Assembly: GCA_021781735.1 (NCBI GenBank)
Contig: JAJXWF010000001.1
Coordinates: 3,403-67,402, forward strand
Length of the DNA: 64,000 bases
DNA from: Actinomycetes bacterium
GTDB taxonomy: Bacteria > Actinomycetota > Actinomycetes > Propionibacteriales > Propionibacteriaceae
Direction of reading: 5' to 3'
Shown: in pieces, positions 22,719-33,587 of the stretch
Layout: every line of letters starts with the position of its first letter
Position numbering within the stretch: the stretch's first letter is position 1
The notes under the pieces: model-generated
What the model was told of the DNA's origin: nothing
What the model saw: only the letters and a program-made list of their open reading frames with translations
Database searches by the model: none
Position numbers and translations under genes: made by a program

Positions 22719-23270
22719 TCAGCTGTACACGTGGGGTGCCAGGGTGACCACATCGCGCAGGTTGCGGTAGTGACCGGCGAAGTCGAGTCCGTAGCCGACA
22801 ACGAACTCGTTGGGGATGTCGAAGCCGACGTACTTGACCTCGACCTCGGTTGTGGCGGCGTCGGGCTTGCGGAACATCGTGAGGATGTTCAGCGACGCCG
22901 GCTGGCGGCTGCGGAGGTTGCTCACCAGATAACTGAGGGTGAGGCCGGTGTCGATGATGTCCTCGACGACCAGCACGTGCCGGCCCTCGATGTCGACCGT
23001 GAGGTCCTTGAGGAAACGGACCACGCCGGAGCTGCGGGTTCCGGAACCGTAGGACGACACCGCCATCCAGTCCATCGCGCAGTGACGCGACATCGCGCGG
23101 GACAGGTCGGCCATCACCATCAGTGCCCCGTTGAGAACTCCCACGAGCAGCACATCGCGTTCGGCGTAGTCGGCGTCGACCCGCGCGGCCAACTCGGCCA
23201 CCCGGGCCTGCACCTGCTCGTCGGTGAACAACACGCGCTGGATGTCGTCGGCAATGTCTGCGGCTCGCAC
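22719..23270 (-). CDS. hpt: Hypoxanthine phosphoribosyltransferase
   Basis: PRPP-binding motif HVLVVEDIIDTGLTLSYL and the FVVGYGLD motif. Confidence 0.9.
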   Translation of the reverse strand: MRAADIADDIQRVLFTDEQVQARVAELAARVDADYAERDVLLVGVLNGALMVMADLSRAMSRHCAMDWMAVSSYGSGTRSSGVVRFLKDLTVDIEGRHVLVVEDIIDTGLTLSYLVSNLRSRQPASLNILTMFRKPDAATTEVEVKYVGFDIPNEFVVGYGLDFAGHYRNLRDVVTLAPHVYS

Positions 23271-23279
23271 CCGAGCAGG

Positions 23280-24302
23280 CTACCCCAGCCGCCCCAACGC
23301 CGCGAGGCCGCCGGCCGGACCCGAGGCCACGAGCAGTCCCCCGCTCCGCCGGACGCGGACGCCCCCCGGCAGGTGCAGCGGGCCCTGGCCGCGCCAGTCA
23401 TCGACGAGCTCGAGGACCGCGGCGACGTGGCGGCGGTGCACCTCGGGGCAGCCGGCGGCGTCCAGCCAACTCCGCACCACCCGGGAGCGCAGGGCCTCGG
23501 GGAGCCTGTCGATCGCCTCGACGCGGAGCCGCCCGCCGTCGAGCGCCGCGGCCGCGGCCGCCCCCGCGAGGGTGTCGAGGGCATCGGCGTCCGCCCTGGC
23601 CAGGCCCGCGGTGCGGGCCAACGCCTCGACGACGGTGTCGCCGAAGACGACGACGAGCGCGGGGATCGCGTGGGCGCGCACGGCGGATCGCCGGAACCGC
23701 GAGTCGGTGTTCGCGGGGTCGTCCCACACCCGGATGCCCCAGTCGGCGCAGGCCTCGCGGAGCACCGAGCGGCGCAGGCCCAGCAACGGGCGCACCACCT
23801 CGGCGTCCGCAGGAACGCCCAACATCCGTTCGCCGCGCCGCGGAGCCATCCCCGCCAGGGAGCGTGTCCCTGACCCCCGGGCCAGACCCAACAGAACGCT
23901 TTCGGCCTGGTCGTCGAGGGAGTGGGCGAGCCACACCTCCTCGATGGCGCGGCCGCGGATCGCCGGGGTCAGCCACAGCGCGCGATGCCGGGCGGCACGG
24001 GCCGCCGCCTCGACTCCTCCGTCACGAGTGTCGACCTCGACCCGGGCGACCCCGACGGGCAGGCCGAGGCCCTCGACCTGCGCGGCGACCTGCCGCGAAT
24101 GGCCATCGGACCCGCGCCACAGTCCGTGGTCGACGACGAGGGCCTCGACCGCCCGCGCGCCCGCGACGTGCGCGACGGCGGCCGCCAGCGCCATCGAGTC
24201 GGCACCGCCCGAAACGCCGATCCGGGTGGGTCGATCGCTCAGCACCGGAGCGACTGCTTGGACGACCGCGAGGGACGCCGGAGACAGGGCACGCCGGGCC
24301 AT
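23280..24302 (-). CDS. tilS: tRNA(Ile)-lysidine synthetase
   Basis: PP-loop IGVSGGADSMALA. The start is set at ATG 24302, 1 nt after the upstream gene's stop. Confidence 0.85.
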   Translation of the reverse strand: MARRALSPASLAVVQAVAPVLSDRPTRIGVSGGADSMALAAAVAHVAGARAVEALVVDHGLWRGSDGHSRQVAAQVEGLGLPVGVARVEVDTRDGGVEAAARAARHRALWLTPAIRGRAIEEVWLAHSLDDQAESVLLGLARGSGTRSLAGMAPRRGERMLGVPADAEVVRPLLGLRRSVLREACADWGIRVWDDPANTDSRFRRSAVRAHAIPALVVVFGDTVVEALARTAGLARADADALDTLAGAAAAAALDGGRLRVEAIDRLPEALRSRVVRSWLDAAGCPEVHRRHVAAVLELVDDWRGQGPLHLPGGVRVRRSGGLLVASGPAGGLAALGRLG

Positions 24303-24303
24303 G

Positions 24304-25314
24304 TCAGCCGTGCACCCTGGCCACCCAGGCGTCCGGGTGGCCGATCTCGTCGGGACTGGGCAACAGGTCGGCCGAGGTCCACACCGCGTTGAGGCCGCCG
24401 ACACCGACACGGTCGATCACCGCGGCGCAGAACGCGGCCCCCTCGCGGTATTGCGCCAGTTTGCGGTCGAGCCCGACCAGGCGTCCCAGCCGCGAGCCGA
24501 GCATCGTCGTGCTGCGCCTCCGCTCGAAGCGCCGGCGGATGGTGCCGAGCGTCGGGATGGCGCTCGCGCCGGCACGGTCCATCATCACGTCCGCATGTCC
24601 CTCGAGCAGCGCCATCACCGCGTTCGCACGGGCGAACAGGCTCCGCTGGGCGGGGGACCGGAACACGTCGTCGATGGTCCGCGATTCGGATCCGCCCGGT
24701 CTGCGGACGAGGTCTTTCAGCACGTCGGCGAGACCCCGCTCGTCGTCACTGAGCGCCAGCTCGGTGACCATGCCCGACAGGTGGCCCGCCAGCCACGGGG
24801 CCGCCGTGAACTGCAGGCGGTGGGTCTGCTCGTGCAGGCACACCCATAGTCGGAAGTCCCGGGGCACCACCCCCAGCGTGCTCTCGACCTCGACGATCGA
24901 GGGCGCCACGAGATAGAGCCGGCCCGGTGGGGTGAACGGGTCGAACTGCCCGAGCACCCGACCGGCGAGCAGGGCGAGGGCCCCGCCGATCTCCGCACCC
25001 AGCGCGGCGGCCGCCACCGCGTCGCGCGGCGTCACCGGACCGGACCCGCGGTGGAGCGGTTCCAGCAGGCCGGCCGCCAGGAGAGTGTTCGCCCGCACCC
25101 AGCCCGGCCGGTCGACCACCAGTTCCAGCGGGGCGTCGGACGCCGCGATCGCGGCGGCGTCCTCCCCCAGCGCGACGGCTCTCCGGGCGGCGACCCGCAG
25201 GCCCGCCACGAGCCGATCGCGCGAGGCGGCGTCGAGCACCGGGCCCGGCCGGACCAGCCGGCGTCCGATGGCCTCGGCAACACGCCAGTCGACCCTGGGG
25301 ATGTCGTCGCTCAT
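24304..25314 (-). CDS. Zinc-dependent metalloprotease-like protein (HExxH; position analogous to Rv3626c)
   Basis: 336 aa containing LHEQTHRLQF. Its ATG overlaps the dacB stop (ATGA at 25311-25314). Confidence 0.75.
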   Translation of the reverse strand: MSDDIPRVDWRVAEAIGRRLVRPGPVLDAASRDRLVAGLRVAARRAVALGEDAAAIAASDAPLELVVDRPGWVRANTLLAAGLLEPLHRGSGPVTPRDAVAAAALGAEIGGALALLAGRVLGQFDPFTPPGRLYLVAPSIVEVESTLGVVPRDFRLWVCLHEQTHRLQFTAAPWLAGHLSGMVTELALSDDERGLADVLKDLVRRPGGSESRTIDDVFRSPAQRSLFARANAVMALLEGHADVMMDRAGASAIPTLGTIRRRFERRRSTTMLGSRLGRLVGLDRKLAQYREGAAFCAAVIDRVGVGGLNAVWTSADLLPSPDEIGHPDAWVARVHG

Positions 25315-26753
25315 GAGCAGCCGCAGCCCGCCAGGACGCTGGCCACCTCGTCAAGGTAGTTGCGCATGTTCCAGTCGTTCGTGCCGACGCTCGTGTTCGT
25401 GATGGGAGTGCCGGGGGCGGCGCCGTTGACGATGAACGCGAACCCCAGCAGGGCCCCGCTCGCCGTGGTGACATAGCCGGCCTCGCTCGACACGTGGGTG
25501 AGGGTGCCGCTCTTCGCGTGCACGAGCCCCCGCCCCTCGGCCGCAGGGGGCACGAAGAAGCGCATCGCCAGCGTGCCACTGACCCCGGCGACCGGCATCC
25601 CGTCGAGGATGGGCCTGAGCTCGGCCGTGGTCGCGGCCCGGTGGATGATCGCGGTGATCAGGGCCGGGCTGACCCGGTCCTTGCGGGACAGGCCCGACCC
25701 GTCGACGAAGTTGACACCACCGAGCTGCAGCCCCAGCCCGGCGAGCCGCTGGGTGACGGCCCGGACGCCGCCCGCGAAGGTGGCCGGCTGTCCGCTTGCC
25801 AGGGCGACCTGCCGCAGCAGCACCTCCGCCGCCGAGTTGTCGGAGTTCAGCAGCGTCTGCTCGACGATGGTGGCGAGCGGCCAGGATCGAACCTCGGCGA
25901 CGGTGGTGGCGTGCACGGGGGCGACGATCGGTGCCGACCGGGGACGCACGGTGATGCCCCGGCGGGCGAGTTGGGCCGCGAAGATGCCCGCCGCGGTCGC
26001 CGCCGGATCCTTCGTGAACTTGGAAGTGACCGGATCGCGCCCCTCGTCGATCCACAGCGCACTCACGGGTGACACCTGGCTGCGATAGCCCACGGGCCAG
26101 TTCGCGTTCCAGGACGCCCCGGCGAACAGCGAGTCGTCGTAGCCGAGGGTCACGGTCGTGATGCCCTGCGCCTTGAGTGCGGCCGCAGTGCGGCTGGCCA
26201 GGGTCGCCGAGGTTGCGGGGGTGGGGGCCGCGACGGAGGTCGCGCTCGAGGCGAGGAACGGGTCTCCCCCGCCGACGAGGATGATCGTGCCCGGCGCCGC
26301 GCTGACGACCTTCGTCGTGAACCGATGCCACGGCCCGAGGGCGTTGAGCACGGCGGTCGCGGTGAGCAGCTTGAGTGTCGAACCCGGCATCATCGTGGTG
26401 GCGCCCGACTGGTTGAAGAGCACCGCCCCGGTGGCAAGGTCGATCACCCGGCCGGCGACCGTGCCGAGCCGGTCGTGGGGAACGGCTGCGATGCGGGCGG
26501 CCAGCGTCGTCGGGTTCGGCAGCGTCCCCGGGGACGCCGCCGCGGCCGGCCCGATCACCCCGGCACTGGGTGGAGCGACAAGCACCGACGCCGCAGCCGG
26601 GGCCGATGCTGCCGGCGTCGCGGCGCCGAGCAACTCGGCGCGGACATCGGGTCGTGCGGCCACGAGAATGGTGCCCGATGCGATGAGACCGGCGACGACC
26701 GTCACCGTGCTCACCCGCCAGGTGAGCCACCGACGGCTGGTTGCTCGACTCAC
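25311..26753 (-). CDS. dacB: D-alanyl-D-alanine carboxypeptidase/endopeptidase (PBP4/DacB family)
   Basis: Membrane anchor STVTVVAGLIASGTILVAA, active-site-like PGSTLKLLTA (SxxK), SDNSAAE (SxN) and KSGTL (KTG-like). The start is uncertain: GTG 26753 is preferred over ATG 26828, because codons between them are AT-ending and look non-coding. Confidence 0.8.
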   Translation of the reverse strand: MSRATSRRWLTWRVSTVTVVAGLIASGTILVAARPDVRAELLGAATPAASAPAAASVLVAPPSAGVIGPAAAASPGTLPNPTTLAARIAAVPHDRLGTVAGRVIDLATGAVLFNQSGATTMMPGSTLKLLTATAVLNALGPWHRFTTKVVSAAPGTIILVGGGDPFLASSATSVAAPTPATSATLASRTAAALKAQGITTVTLGYDDSLFAGASWNANWPVGYRSQVSPVSALWIDEGRDPVTSKFTKDPAATAAGIFAAQLARRGITVRPRSAPIVAPVHATTVAEVRSWPLATIVEQTLLNSDNSAAEVLLRQVALASGQPATFAGGVRAVTQRLAGLGLQLGGVNFVDGSGLSRKDRVSPALITAIIHRAATTAELRPILDGMPVAGVSGTLAMRFFVPPAAEGRGLVHAKSGTLTHVSSEAGYVTTASGALLGFAFIVNGAAPGTPITNTSVGTNDWNMRNYLDEVASVLAGCGCS

Positions 26754-26893
26754 TCCACCTCTTGACTTACCGATAGTCTTTGCCCTGTACAGCCGTGCAC
26801 GACGACGCGCACACCTGGCCCCGCCCATGATAGAGAGAGCCTCCCGTGTCTGAAGACTTCCGTACCGTCCCGGTGACCAAACTTCCCGACTCG

Positions 26894-27406
26894 ATGACCT
26901 TCGATGTCACGGTCGAGATCCCCCGCGGCACCAAGAACAAGTACGAGATGGATCACAAGACCGGCCGGATCCGCCTCGACCGCACCCTGTTCACCTCCAC
27001 CCAGTACCCCTACGACTACGGGTTCATCGAGGGCACGCTGGGAGCCGACGGCGACCCGCTCGATGCCATGGTGATCTGCTACGAGCCCACCTTCCCCGGA
27101 TGCCTCATCCAGTGCCGTGCGATCGCGATGTTCCGGATGAGGGACGAGATGGGCGGTGACGACAAGGTGCTGTGCGTGCCGACCGCCGATCACCGTCGCG
27201 ACTACCTCACCGATCTCGCCGACGTTCCCGACTTCCTGCTGCTCGAGATCGAGCACTTCTTCACGGTCTACAAGGACCTCGAGCCCGGCAAGAGCGTCGA
27301 GGGGTCGACGTGGGCCGACCGCGAGGCTGCCGAGCGCGAGATCCACAAGTCGGTCGAACGCGCCAAAGGCACCCCCTTCGCGCACCACCACGTGAATCTG
27401 CTCTGA
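26894..27406 (+). CDS. ppa: Inorganic pyrophosphatase
   Basis: [36 protein letters not shown]. The alternative GTG start at 26846 is less likely, judged by the N-terminus typical of this family. Confidence 0.9.
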   Translation: MTFDVTVEIPRGTKNKYEMDHKTGRIRLDRTLFTSTQYPYDYGFIEGTLGADGDPLDAMVICYEPTFPGCLIQCRAIAMFRMRDEMGGDDKVLCVPTADHRRDYLTDLADVPDFLLLEIEHFFTVYKDLEPGKSVEGSTWADREAAEREIHKSVERAKGTPFAHHHVNLL

Positions 27407-27576
27407 CGCCGATTCCGGGCGCCGTACGACCCGGCCGACGGCGTACGACCTGACAGCCCGGAACAGACCAGTCGGACGCCGCGGGAATCACTTCGGACGC
27501 CGCGCGACCACCCCTTTGCAGCACGCATTTGCAGCACGCACCTGGGACACCGGTGCCCACCCGGGACCTCATGGCC

Positions 27577-27611
27577 CCGAACGGGCCGCCCCGGTGGGTC
27601 GGCCCGTTCGG
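27577..27611. terminator. Hairpin in the convergent spacer between ppa and the DUF1028 gene
   Basis: CCGAACGGGCCG-ccccggtgggt-CGGCCCGTTCGG, a 12-bp perfect stem. Confidence 0.45.
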
Positions 27612-27632
27612 CCGGCTCCTCACCCATCCAGG

Positions 27633-28289
27633 TCAGTCGTCGCTGAGCAGTTCCTCGGCCCGCCAGCGTCCGAGCAGCACCGCCAGTTCCCGGATCGCAT
27701 CGGGATGGTCATCGATGCGCAGGTCGACATCGAGTTCGGGCCACTCGGTGTCCGGGAGCGTGTGCGGGGCCGTCAGCACAGCCGCGCTGTGCCGCCCCCG
27801 GCGGTTCCCGCCCGCGGCGTCCCCCGCCAGCAGGCAGTCGACGAGCAGCGTCGCGAATTCGAGCCCCTGGCCCGCACCGTCGCGGAAGCGATCACGCATC
27901 GCGGTCAGAACCCCCGGCCCCACCAGGTCGTGGCCGACAAGCACCAGCTCGGGTTCGACGATCGCCCCCGCCCAGGGATCGGTGTCCTCGCCGGTGTGGG
28001 CGGCTCCGGCGCCGCTCGCCGACAGCAGCGCGACCTGGCGTGACGAGAACGCGAGATCCATCGCCGCGAGGTCGTGCAGCACCTCCGTGACGGTGGCGCC
28101 GCGCCGCATCCCCTCGAGGGCGGTGTGCCGGAAGGCGCGGTTCGTCCACGCCTGGGTGACGACCGCCCCGACCCCTGGTGCGATGGCCGGGACGGAGCGA
28201 CCCACGCACAGCGATCGGGTGGCCGTCGCGACGCCGAGCGATCCGCCGTCGGAACTCAGCGCGACAATGCTGAAGGTCACACCAGCCAT
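27633..28289 (-). CDS. DUF1028 (Ntn-hydrolase-fold) family protein
   Basis: M(AGV)TFSIVALSSDGGSLGVATATRSLCVGRSVPAIAPGVGAVVTQAWTN matches the characteristic N-terminus of the DUF1028 family. The start could be ATG 28289 or GTG 28280. Confidence 0.75.
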   Translation of the reverse strand: MAGVTFSIVALSSDGGSLGVATATRSLCVGRSVPAIAPGVGAVVTQAWTNRAFRHTALEGMRRGATVTEVLHDLAAMDLAFSSRQVALLSASGAGAAHTGEDTDPWAGAIVEPELVLVGHDLVGPGVLTAMRDRFRDGAGQGLEFATLLVDCLLAGDAAGGNRRGRHSAAVLTAPHTLPDTEWPELDVDLRIDDHPDAIRELAVLLGRWRAEELLSDD

Positions 28290-28354
28290 GATGGACGCCG
28301 CGACGACCGAGCGCCAGAGACGCCGCCCACGACGTGCGGCGATAGCGTGACAGC

Positions 28355-30169
28355 ATGACCGCCAGCATCGTCGGAACCTTCGGCACCGTCGCCAGCACCC
28401 ATCAGCTCGCCACCGCCACCGCGATGTCGGTGCTCGACCGGGGGGGCAACGCCATCGACGCGGCCGCGGCCGGCGCATTCGTGCTGCACGTGGTCGAACC
28501 GCACCTCAACGGCCCTGGGGGCGACGCGACGATTCTGATGAGCGTCCGGGGCCAGACGCCGCAGGCCCTGTGCGGCCAGGGCACCGCACCCGGCGGGGCG
28601 ACCGCCCGGACCTACCGCGGCCTCGGGCTCGACCTGGTTCCCGGAACCGGCCCACTCGCCGCGGCGGTGCCCGGTGCGGTCGACGCCTGGCTGTTGGCGC
28701 TGCGCGACCACGGCACCTGGCGGCTCGACGAGGTACTCGCCCCGGCGATCGCGATCGCCGAGCAGGGTCACTACCCACTCGCCCGGATCGGCGACGTCGT
28801 CGAGCGGATGCGGGCCCATTTCACCGAGCACTGGCCCACCTCCGCGGCGTTCTACCTCACCGATCCGCCGCGTCCCGACCGCCTGTGGCGCAACCCCCAC
28901 CTCGCTGCCACCTGGCGCCGGATCGTCGACGAGGCCACTTCCGGGGCCACCGGAGGCCGGGAACGCGAGATCGACACCGCGCGCGAGATCTGGAAAACCG
29001 GGTTCGTCGCCGCGGCCATGGTCGCCACATCCCAACGCCCCACCCGAGATTCGAGTGGCGCCGACCATACCGGGTTCCTCGGCCATGACGACCTCGCGGG
29101 CTGGTCGGCGTCCTTTGAGCCGACGCTCACGCACACATGGGGACCGTGGAGCATCCACAAGGCCGGCCCGTGGACCCAGGGGCCGGCGTTCCTCCAGCAG
29201 GCGGCGCTGCTCGCCGACCTCGACCCCGTCGACGCCGACGCGGGTGACCCCGCGGTGGTGCACCGGCTGATCGAGGGCGCGAAGCTCGCCCTCGCCGACC
29301 GCGACGCATGGTACGGCGACAGTGCCCCGCTGCCCCGGGCGCTGCTCGACGAGCAGTACTCGTCGGCGCGACGCGACCTCATCGGCCCCTACGCGCGCAC
29401 GGGCTGGCACCCAGGGGCACCCGACGGGGTGGAGCCGCTGTTGCCCATCCACATCTCCCGGCTGCTCGGCGGCGAGGAGGGCTCCATCGCGGACGCCGGC
29501 GCGGGCGAGCCGACTTTCCAGGGGCCGACCGTCGACACCGAGGGGGTGGCCGTCGATGGAAGGACCCGTGGTGACACCTGCCACATCGCGGTCACGGACC
29601 GGTGGGGCACGATCGTCGCCGCGACGCCGTCGGGGGGTTGGCTGCAGTCGAACCCGATCATCCCCGAGCTCGGCTTCCCACTCGGCACGCGACTGCAGAT
29701 GTGCTGGCTCGACGACGAGCTGCCCAACACGCTGACTCCCGGACGGCGTCCACGCAGCACACTGAGCCCCACGCTCGCCGAGTTCGAGGGGCGGGTCACG
29801 TTGGGCTTCGGCACCCCGGGCGGCGACCAGCAGGACCAGTGGACGTTCAATGCCTTTGTCCGGATGGCCCACGGCCTCGCCGCGCAGGGGCGCCTCGACC
29901 CGCAGGCGGCGATCGACGCCCCCCAGTGGCACACCGACCATCTCATCGGGTCGTTCTGGCCGCGGAGCTTCGAACGCACCTCGGTGGCGATCGAGGCCGA
30001 CGCAGGTCATCAGGTGGTCGACGGGCTGCGCCGACGGGGCCACGCGGTGCGCGTCACGCCCGCGGCGTCCCTCGGCCGGGTGTGCGTCGTCGGGCGCGAT
30101 CCCCGCTCCGGTGCCCTGCTCGCGGGCGCCAGTACCCGAGGCGGCCAGGGACACGCCACCGGCCGCTGA
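28355..30169 (+). CDS. ggt: Gamma-glutamyltransferase-family protein with no recognisable signal peptide
   Basis: 604 aa: THQLATATAMSVLDRGGNAIDAAAA, GGD, and the autoprocessing/nucleophile region GDTCHIAVTDRWGTIVAATPSGG. Confidence 0.85.
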   Translation: MTASIVGTFGTVASTHQLATATAMSVLDRGGNAIDAAAAGAFVLHVVEPHLNGPGGDATILMSVRGQTPQALCGQGTAPGGATARTYRGLGLDLVPGTGPLAAAVPGAVDAWLLALRDHGTWRLDEVLAPAIAIAEQGHYPLARIGDVVERMRAHFTEHWPTSAAFYLTDPPRPDRLWRNPHLAATWRRIVDEATSGATGGREREIDTAREIWKTGFVAAAMVATSQRPTRDSSGADHTGFLGHDDLAGWSASFEPTLTHTWGPWSIHKAGPWTQGPAFLQQAALLADLDPVDADAGDPAVVHRLIEGAKLALADRDAWYGDSAPLPRALLDEQYSSARRDLIGPYARTGWHPGAPDGVEPLLPIHISRLLGGEEGSIADAGAGEPTFQGPTVDTEGVAVDGRTRGDTCHIAVTDRWGTIVAATPSGGWLQSNPIIPELGFPLGTRLQMCWLDDELPNTLTPGRRPRSTLSPTLAEFEGRVTLGFGTPGGDQQDQWTFNAFVRMAHGLAAQGRLDPQAAIDAPQWHTDHLIGSFWPRSFERTSVAIEADAGHQVVDGLRRRGHAVRVTPAASLGRVCVVGRDPRSGALLAGASTRGGQGHATGR

Positions 30170-30373
30170 GCCGAGAGGCTCCGTGGCCGCGCCCGTCGGC
30201 GCGGTGAGCCAAGAATCGCCCGCTCCGCCTCGATGAGGTCGAGCGGCCGGCGATCTCTGCTCAGGCTGGCGTTCACGACGGGGAATCGGCAGCGAATGCC
30301 AGCCGGAACGTCGAATTCGCCTGCCGCAGGCAACTCTCGGAACCACCGGCCCTTGCCAAGGCCTGCCCCGGCG

Positions 30374-30416
30374 CGCGAACCGGCGGCCCACCCAAAGGAT
30401 GGGCCGCCGGTTCGCG
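30374..30416. terminator. Hairpin downstream of fba (17-bp perfect stem)
   Basis: CGCGAACCGGCGGCCCA-cccaaagga-TGGGCCGCCGGTTCGCG, 22 nt after the fba stop. Confidence 0.6.
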
Positions 30417-30437
30417 GTGGCGTGTACTGCTGGGCGA

Positions 30438-31463
<1,026 letters not shown>

Positions 31464-31607
31464 CTGGGCCTCTTTCTCTTCGACGGCCGGCCACGGGTCC
31501 GCGTGGGTCACTGCAGCCGGACACTGGGAACCGCTCCGATTCTCTCAAACGCTGTTCCCGGTGTCATGCGCGGGCCGGGAATTGGTCCAGCGCGCGGCGC
31601 ATGCCGA

Positions 31608-32141
31608 CTACAGCGACAACCCGCTGATGTCGAGCCCCTTGCGGCCACCGGAGAACACCCGGATCGCATTGTCGATGGTGCCGGCCTGGGCGTCGAGGAA
31701 CGACAATGGCACCGACCAGTCCGGGCCGTCATGCCGGGTGACCACGAGGCTGGGGCCGCGTCCGAGCGAGCGTCCGCGTCCCACCACCGCGGCGACCTGC
31801 TCCCAGGGCATGTGCACGGCGACCGTTCCGGGGCTCATGCCGGTGATCCCCGCGCGATCGATGACCATCGCGTCACCGGTGCCCACGCTGGAGAGATCGC
31901 GGCGGGCGAGCAGCCATGCGCCGGCGATGACGGCCACCACCGCCAGCGAAACCAGGGCTCCGATGACCAGCACCCCCCAGGCGATGGCGGTCGACCGGTC
32001 GCGTTGCCACCAGAAGATCGCCCCCCAGACGAGGAGGCTGAGCACACCCTGCGCCACGGTGCGCTTCACGCGGGCGCTCAGCTCGGCCACCCTCGCCGCG
32101 CTCGGCACGGGGTTGTAGGCCACCCGGAACTCATCGGTCAC
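31608..32141 (-). CDS. Hypothetical membrane protein (2 TM helices plus a soluble C-terminal domain)
   Basis: 177 aa with GVLSLLVWGAIFWW and WGVLVIGALVSLAVVAVIAGAWLL; coding-like GC3. Confidence 0.55.
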   Translation of the reverse strand: MTDEFRVAYNPVPSAARVAELSARVKRTVAQGVLSLLVWGAIFWWQRDRSTAIAWGVLVIGALVSLAVVAVIAGAWLLARRDLSSVGTGDAMVIDRAGITGMSPGTVAVHMPWEQVAAVVGRGRSLGRGPSLVVTRHDGPDWSVPLSFLDAQAGTIDNAIRVFSGGRKGLDISGLSL

Positions 32142-32162
32142 GTCCCCTCCTCCGGGGACAGG

Positions 32163-32834
32163 TTATCGGGCAACGACATCCCCGGGGCCTGCCCACCGCA
32201 CCGACCAGTGGTACATGGCGATCGCCGCAGCCGCCCCCGCGTTGAGCGAGCGTGTCGAGCCGTACTGGGTGATCGCGACCAGACCGCTGCAGGCCGCCAC
32301 CATCTCGTCGGTGAGTCCCGGGCCCTCCGAACCGAACACCAGGCAGCAGTCCCTGGGCAGTTCGGAGGTCTCGAGTGGTGCCGAACCCGGCAGGTTGTCG
32401 ACCCCCACGAGCCGGACGCCGGAGCCGGCGGCCCAGTCGACGAGTGAGGCCACGCCGGGGTGGTGGTACACGTGCAGGTAGCGGTCGGTCACCATCGCCC
32501 CACGCCGATTCCAGCGCCGGCGTCCGACGATGTGCACGCCGGCGACGTTGAACGCGTTGGCGGTGCGCACGATCGAACCGATGTTGAAGTCGTGCTCCCA
32601 GTTCTGGATCGCCACGTGCAGAGGGCGGCGGTGCGTGTCGAGGTCGGCGACGATCTCGTCGAGCCTCCAGTAGCGGTACCGGTCGAGCACGTTGCGCCGG
32701 TCGCCCTCGGCGAGCAGTTGCGGGTCGAGACGGGGGTCGTCGGGCCAGGGGGGCGGGTGCGGGCCGACGCCGACCGGGACGGTGGGGTCGTCAGGCTCGT
32801 CCTCGGGACTGGCGGGCTCGTTCAGCGGACTCAC
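32163..32834 (-). CDS. TrmH/SpoU-family RNA 2'-O-methyltransferase
   Basis: NIGSIVRTANAFNVAGVHIVG, LVFGSEGPGL, IAITQYGSTRSLNAGAAAAIAMY (SpoU motifs 1-3). The only in-frame start clear of dedA is GTG 32834. Confidence 0.8.
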   Translation of the reverse strand: MSPLNEPASPEDEPDDPTVPVGVGPHPPPWPDDPRLDPQLLAEGDRRNVLDRYRYWRLDEIVADLDTHRRPLHVAIQNWEHDFNIGSIVRTANAFNVAGVHIVGRRRWNRRGAMVTDRYLHVYHHPGVASLVDWAAGSGVRLVGVDNLPGSAPLETSELPRDCCLVFGSEGPGLTDEMVAACSGLVAITQYGSTRSLNAGAAAAIAMYHWSVRWAGPGDVVAR

Positions 32835-32858
32835 AGCGGCCCACGGTACCGTTGACCA

Positions 32859-33575
32859 ATGTTCATCGACCTGTTGACGGCCACACCGACCATGGTGCCG
32901 TTGCTGCTGCCTTCCTGGCTCGATCCCGCCGTCATGATCCACGGCCTCGGCAACTGGGCCCTCGTGGGCGTGTCGCTCATTTTGTTCATCGAGTGCGCGA
33001 TCTTCCCGATCCTGCCGGGCGACTCGCTGCTGTTCACCGTCGGCCTGCTCATCGCGGTGTCGAACTCGTCTATCTCGCTGGGCATGTCCAACCGGCTGGT
33101 CACGTACCTGCTGGTCTGCCTGATCATGAGCTTCTTCGCGGTGCTCGGCAACCTTGCCGGTTACTACGTCGGCAAGTTCATCTCCCCCTGGCTGTTCAAA
33201 CCGCGCAGTGGCTTCTTCGGCCGCGTGTTCAGCCGGCAGCACCTTCAACAATCGCACGACTTCTTCGAGAAGTACGGTTCGAAGGCCCTGGTGATGGGCC
33301 GGTTCGTGCCGTTCGTCCGCACGTTCGTCACGATGGTGGCCGGCGCGGCGGGAATGACCCTGCGGCACTTCATCTCGTGGACGGCCGTCGGCGGCGTGCT
33401 GTGGGTGTTCGCGGTGACGCTGCTCGGCTACCTGCTGGGAGGGATCACCTTCGTCGGCAAGAACATCGACCTCATCCTGGTCGTCATCGTTGTGGTCTCG
33501 GTGCTCCCGATGGGCTACGAATATCTCAGTGCCCGCCGGAAGAACCGGGCGGCGTCGGTGGCCGAACTCGACTGA
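32859..33575 (+). CDS. DedA-family membrane protein
   Basis: FIECAIFPILPGDSLLFTVG and GRFVPFVRTFVTMVAG are signature DedA motifs. Confidence 0.85.
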   Translation: MFIDLLTATPTMVPLLLPSWLDPAVMIHGLGNWALVGVSLILFIECAIFPILPGDSLLFTVGLLIAVSNSSISLGMSNRLVTYLLVCLIMSFFAVLGNLAGYYVGKFISPWLFKPRSGFFGRVFSRQHLQQSHDFFEKYGSKALVMGRFVPFVRTFVTMVAGAAGMTLRHFISWTAVGGVLWVFAVTLLGYLLGGITFVGKNIDLILVVIVVVSVLPMGYEYLSARRKNRAASVAELD

Positions 33576-33587
33576 GGCCGGCGTCAG

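Noticed and set aside
26754-26893. The longer N-termini given by the ORF track for dacB (ATG 26828) and ppa (GTG 26846).
   Set aside because: Codons in these extensions have AT-rich third positions, unlike the rest of the genes. The ppa family N-terminus aligns with [10 protein letters not shown]. They are kept only as alternatives.
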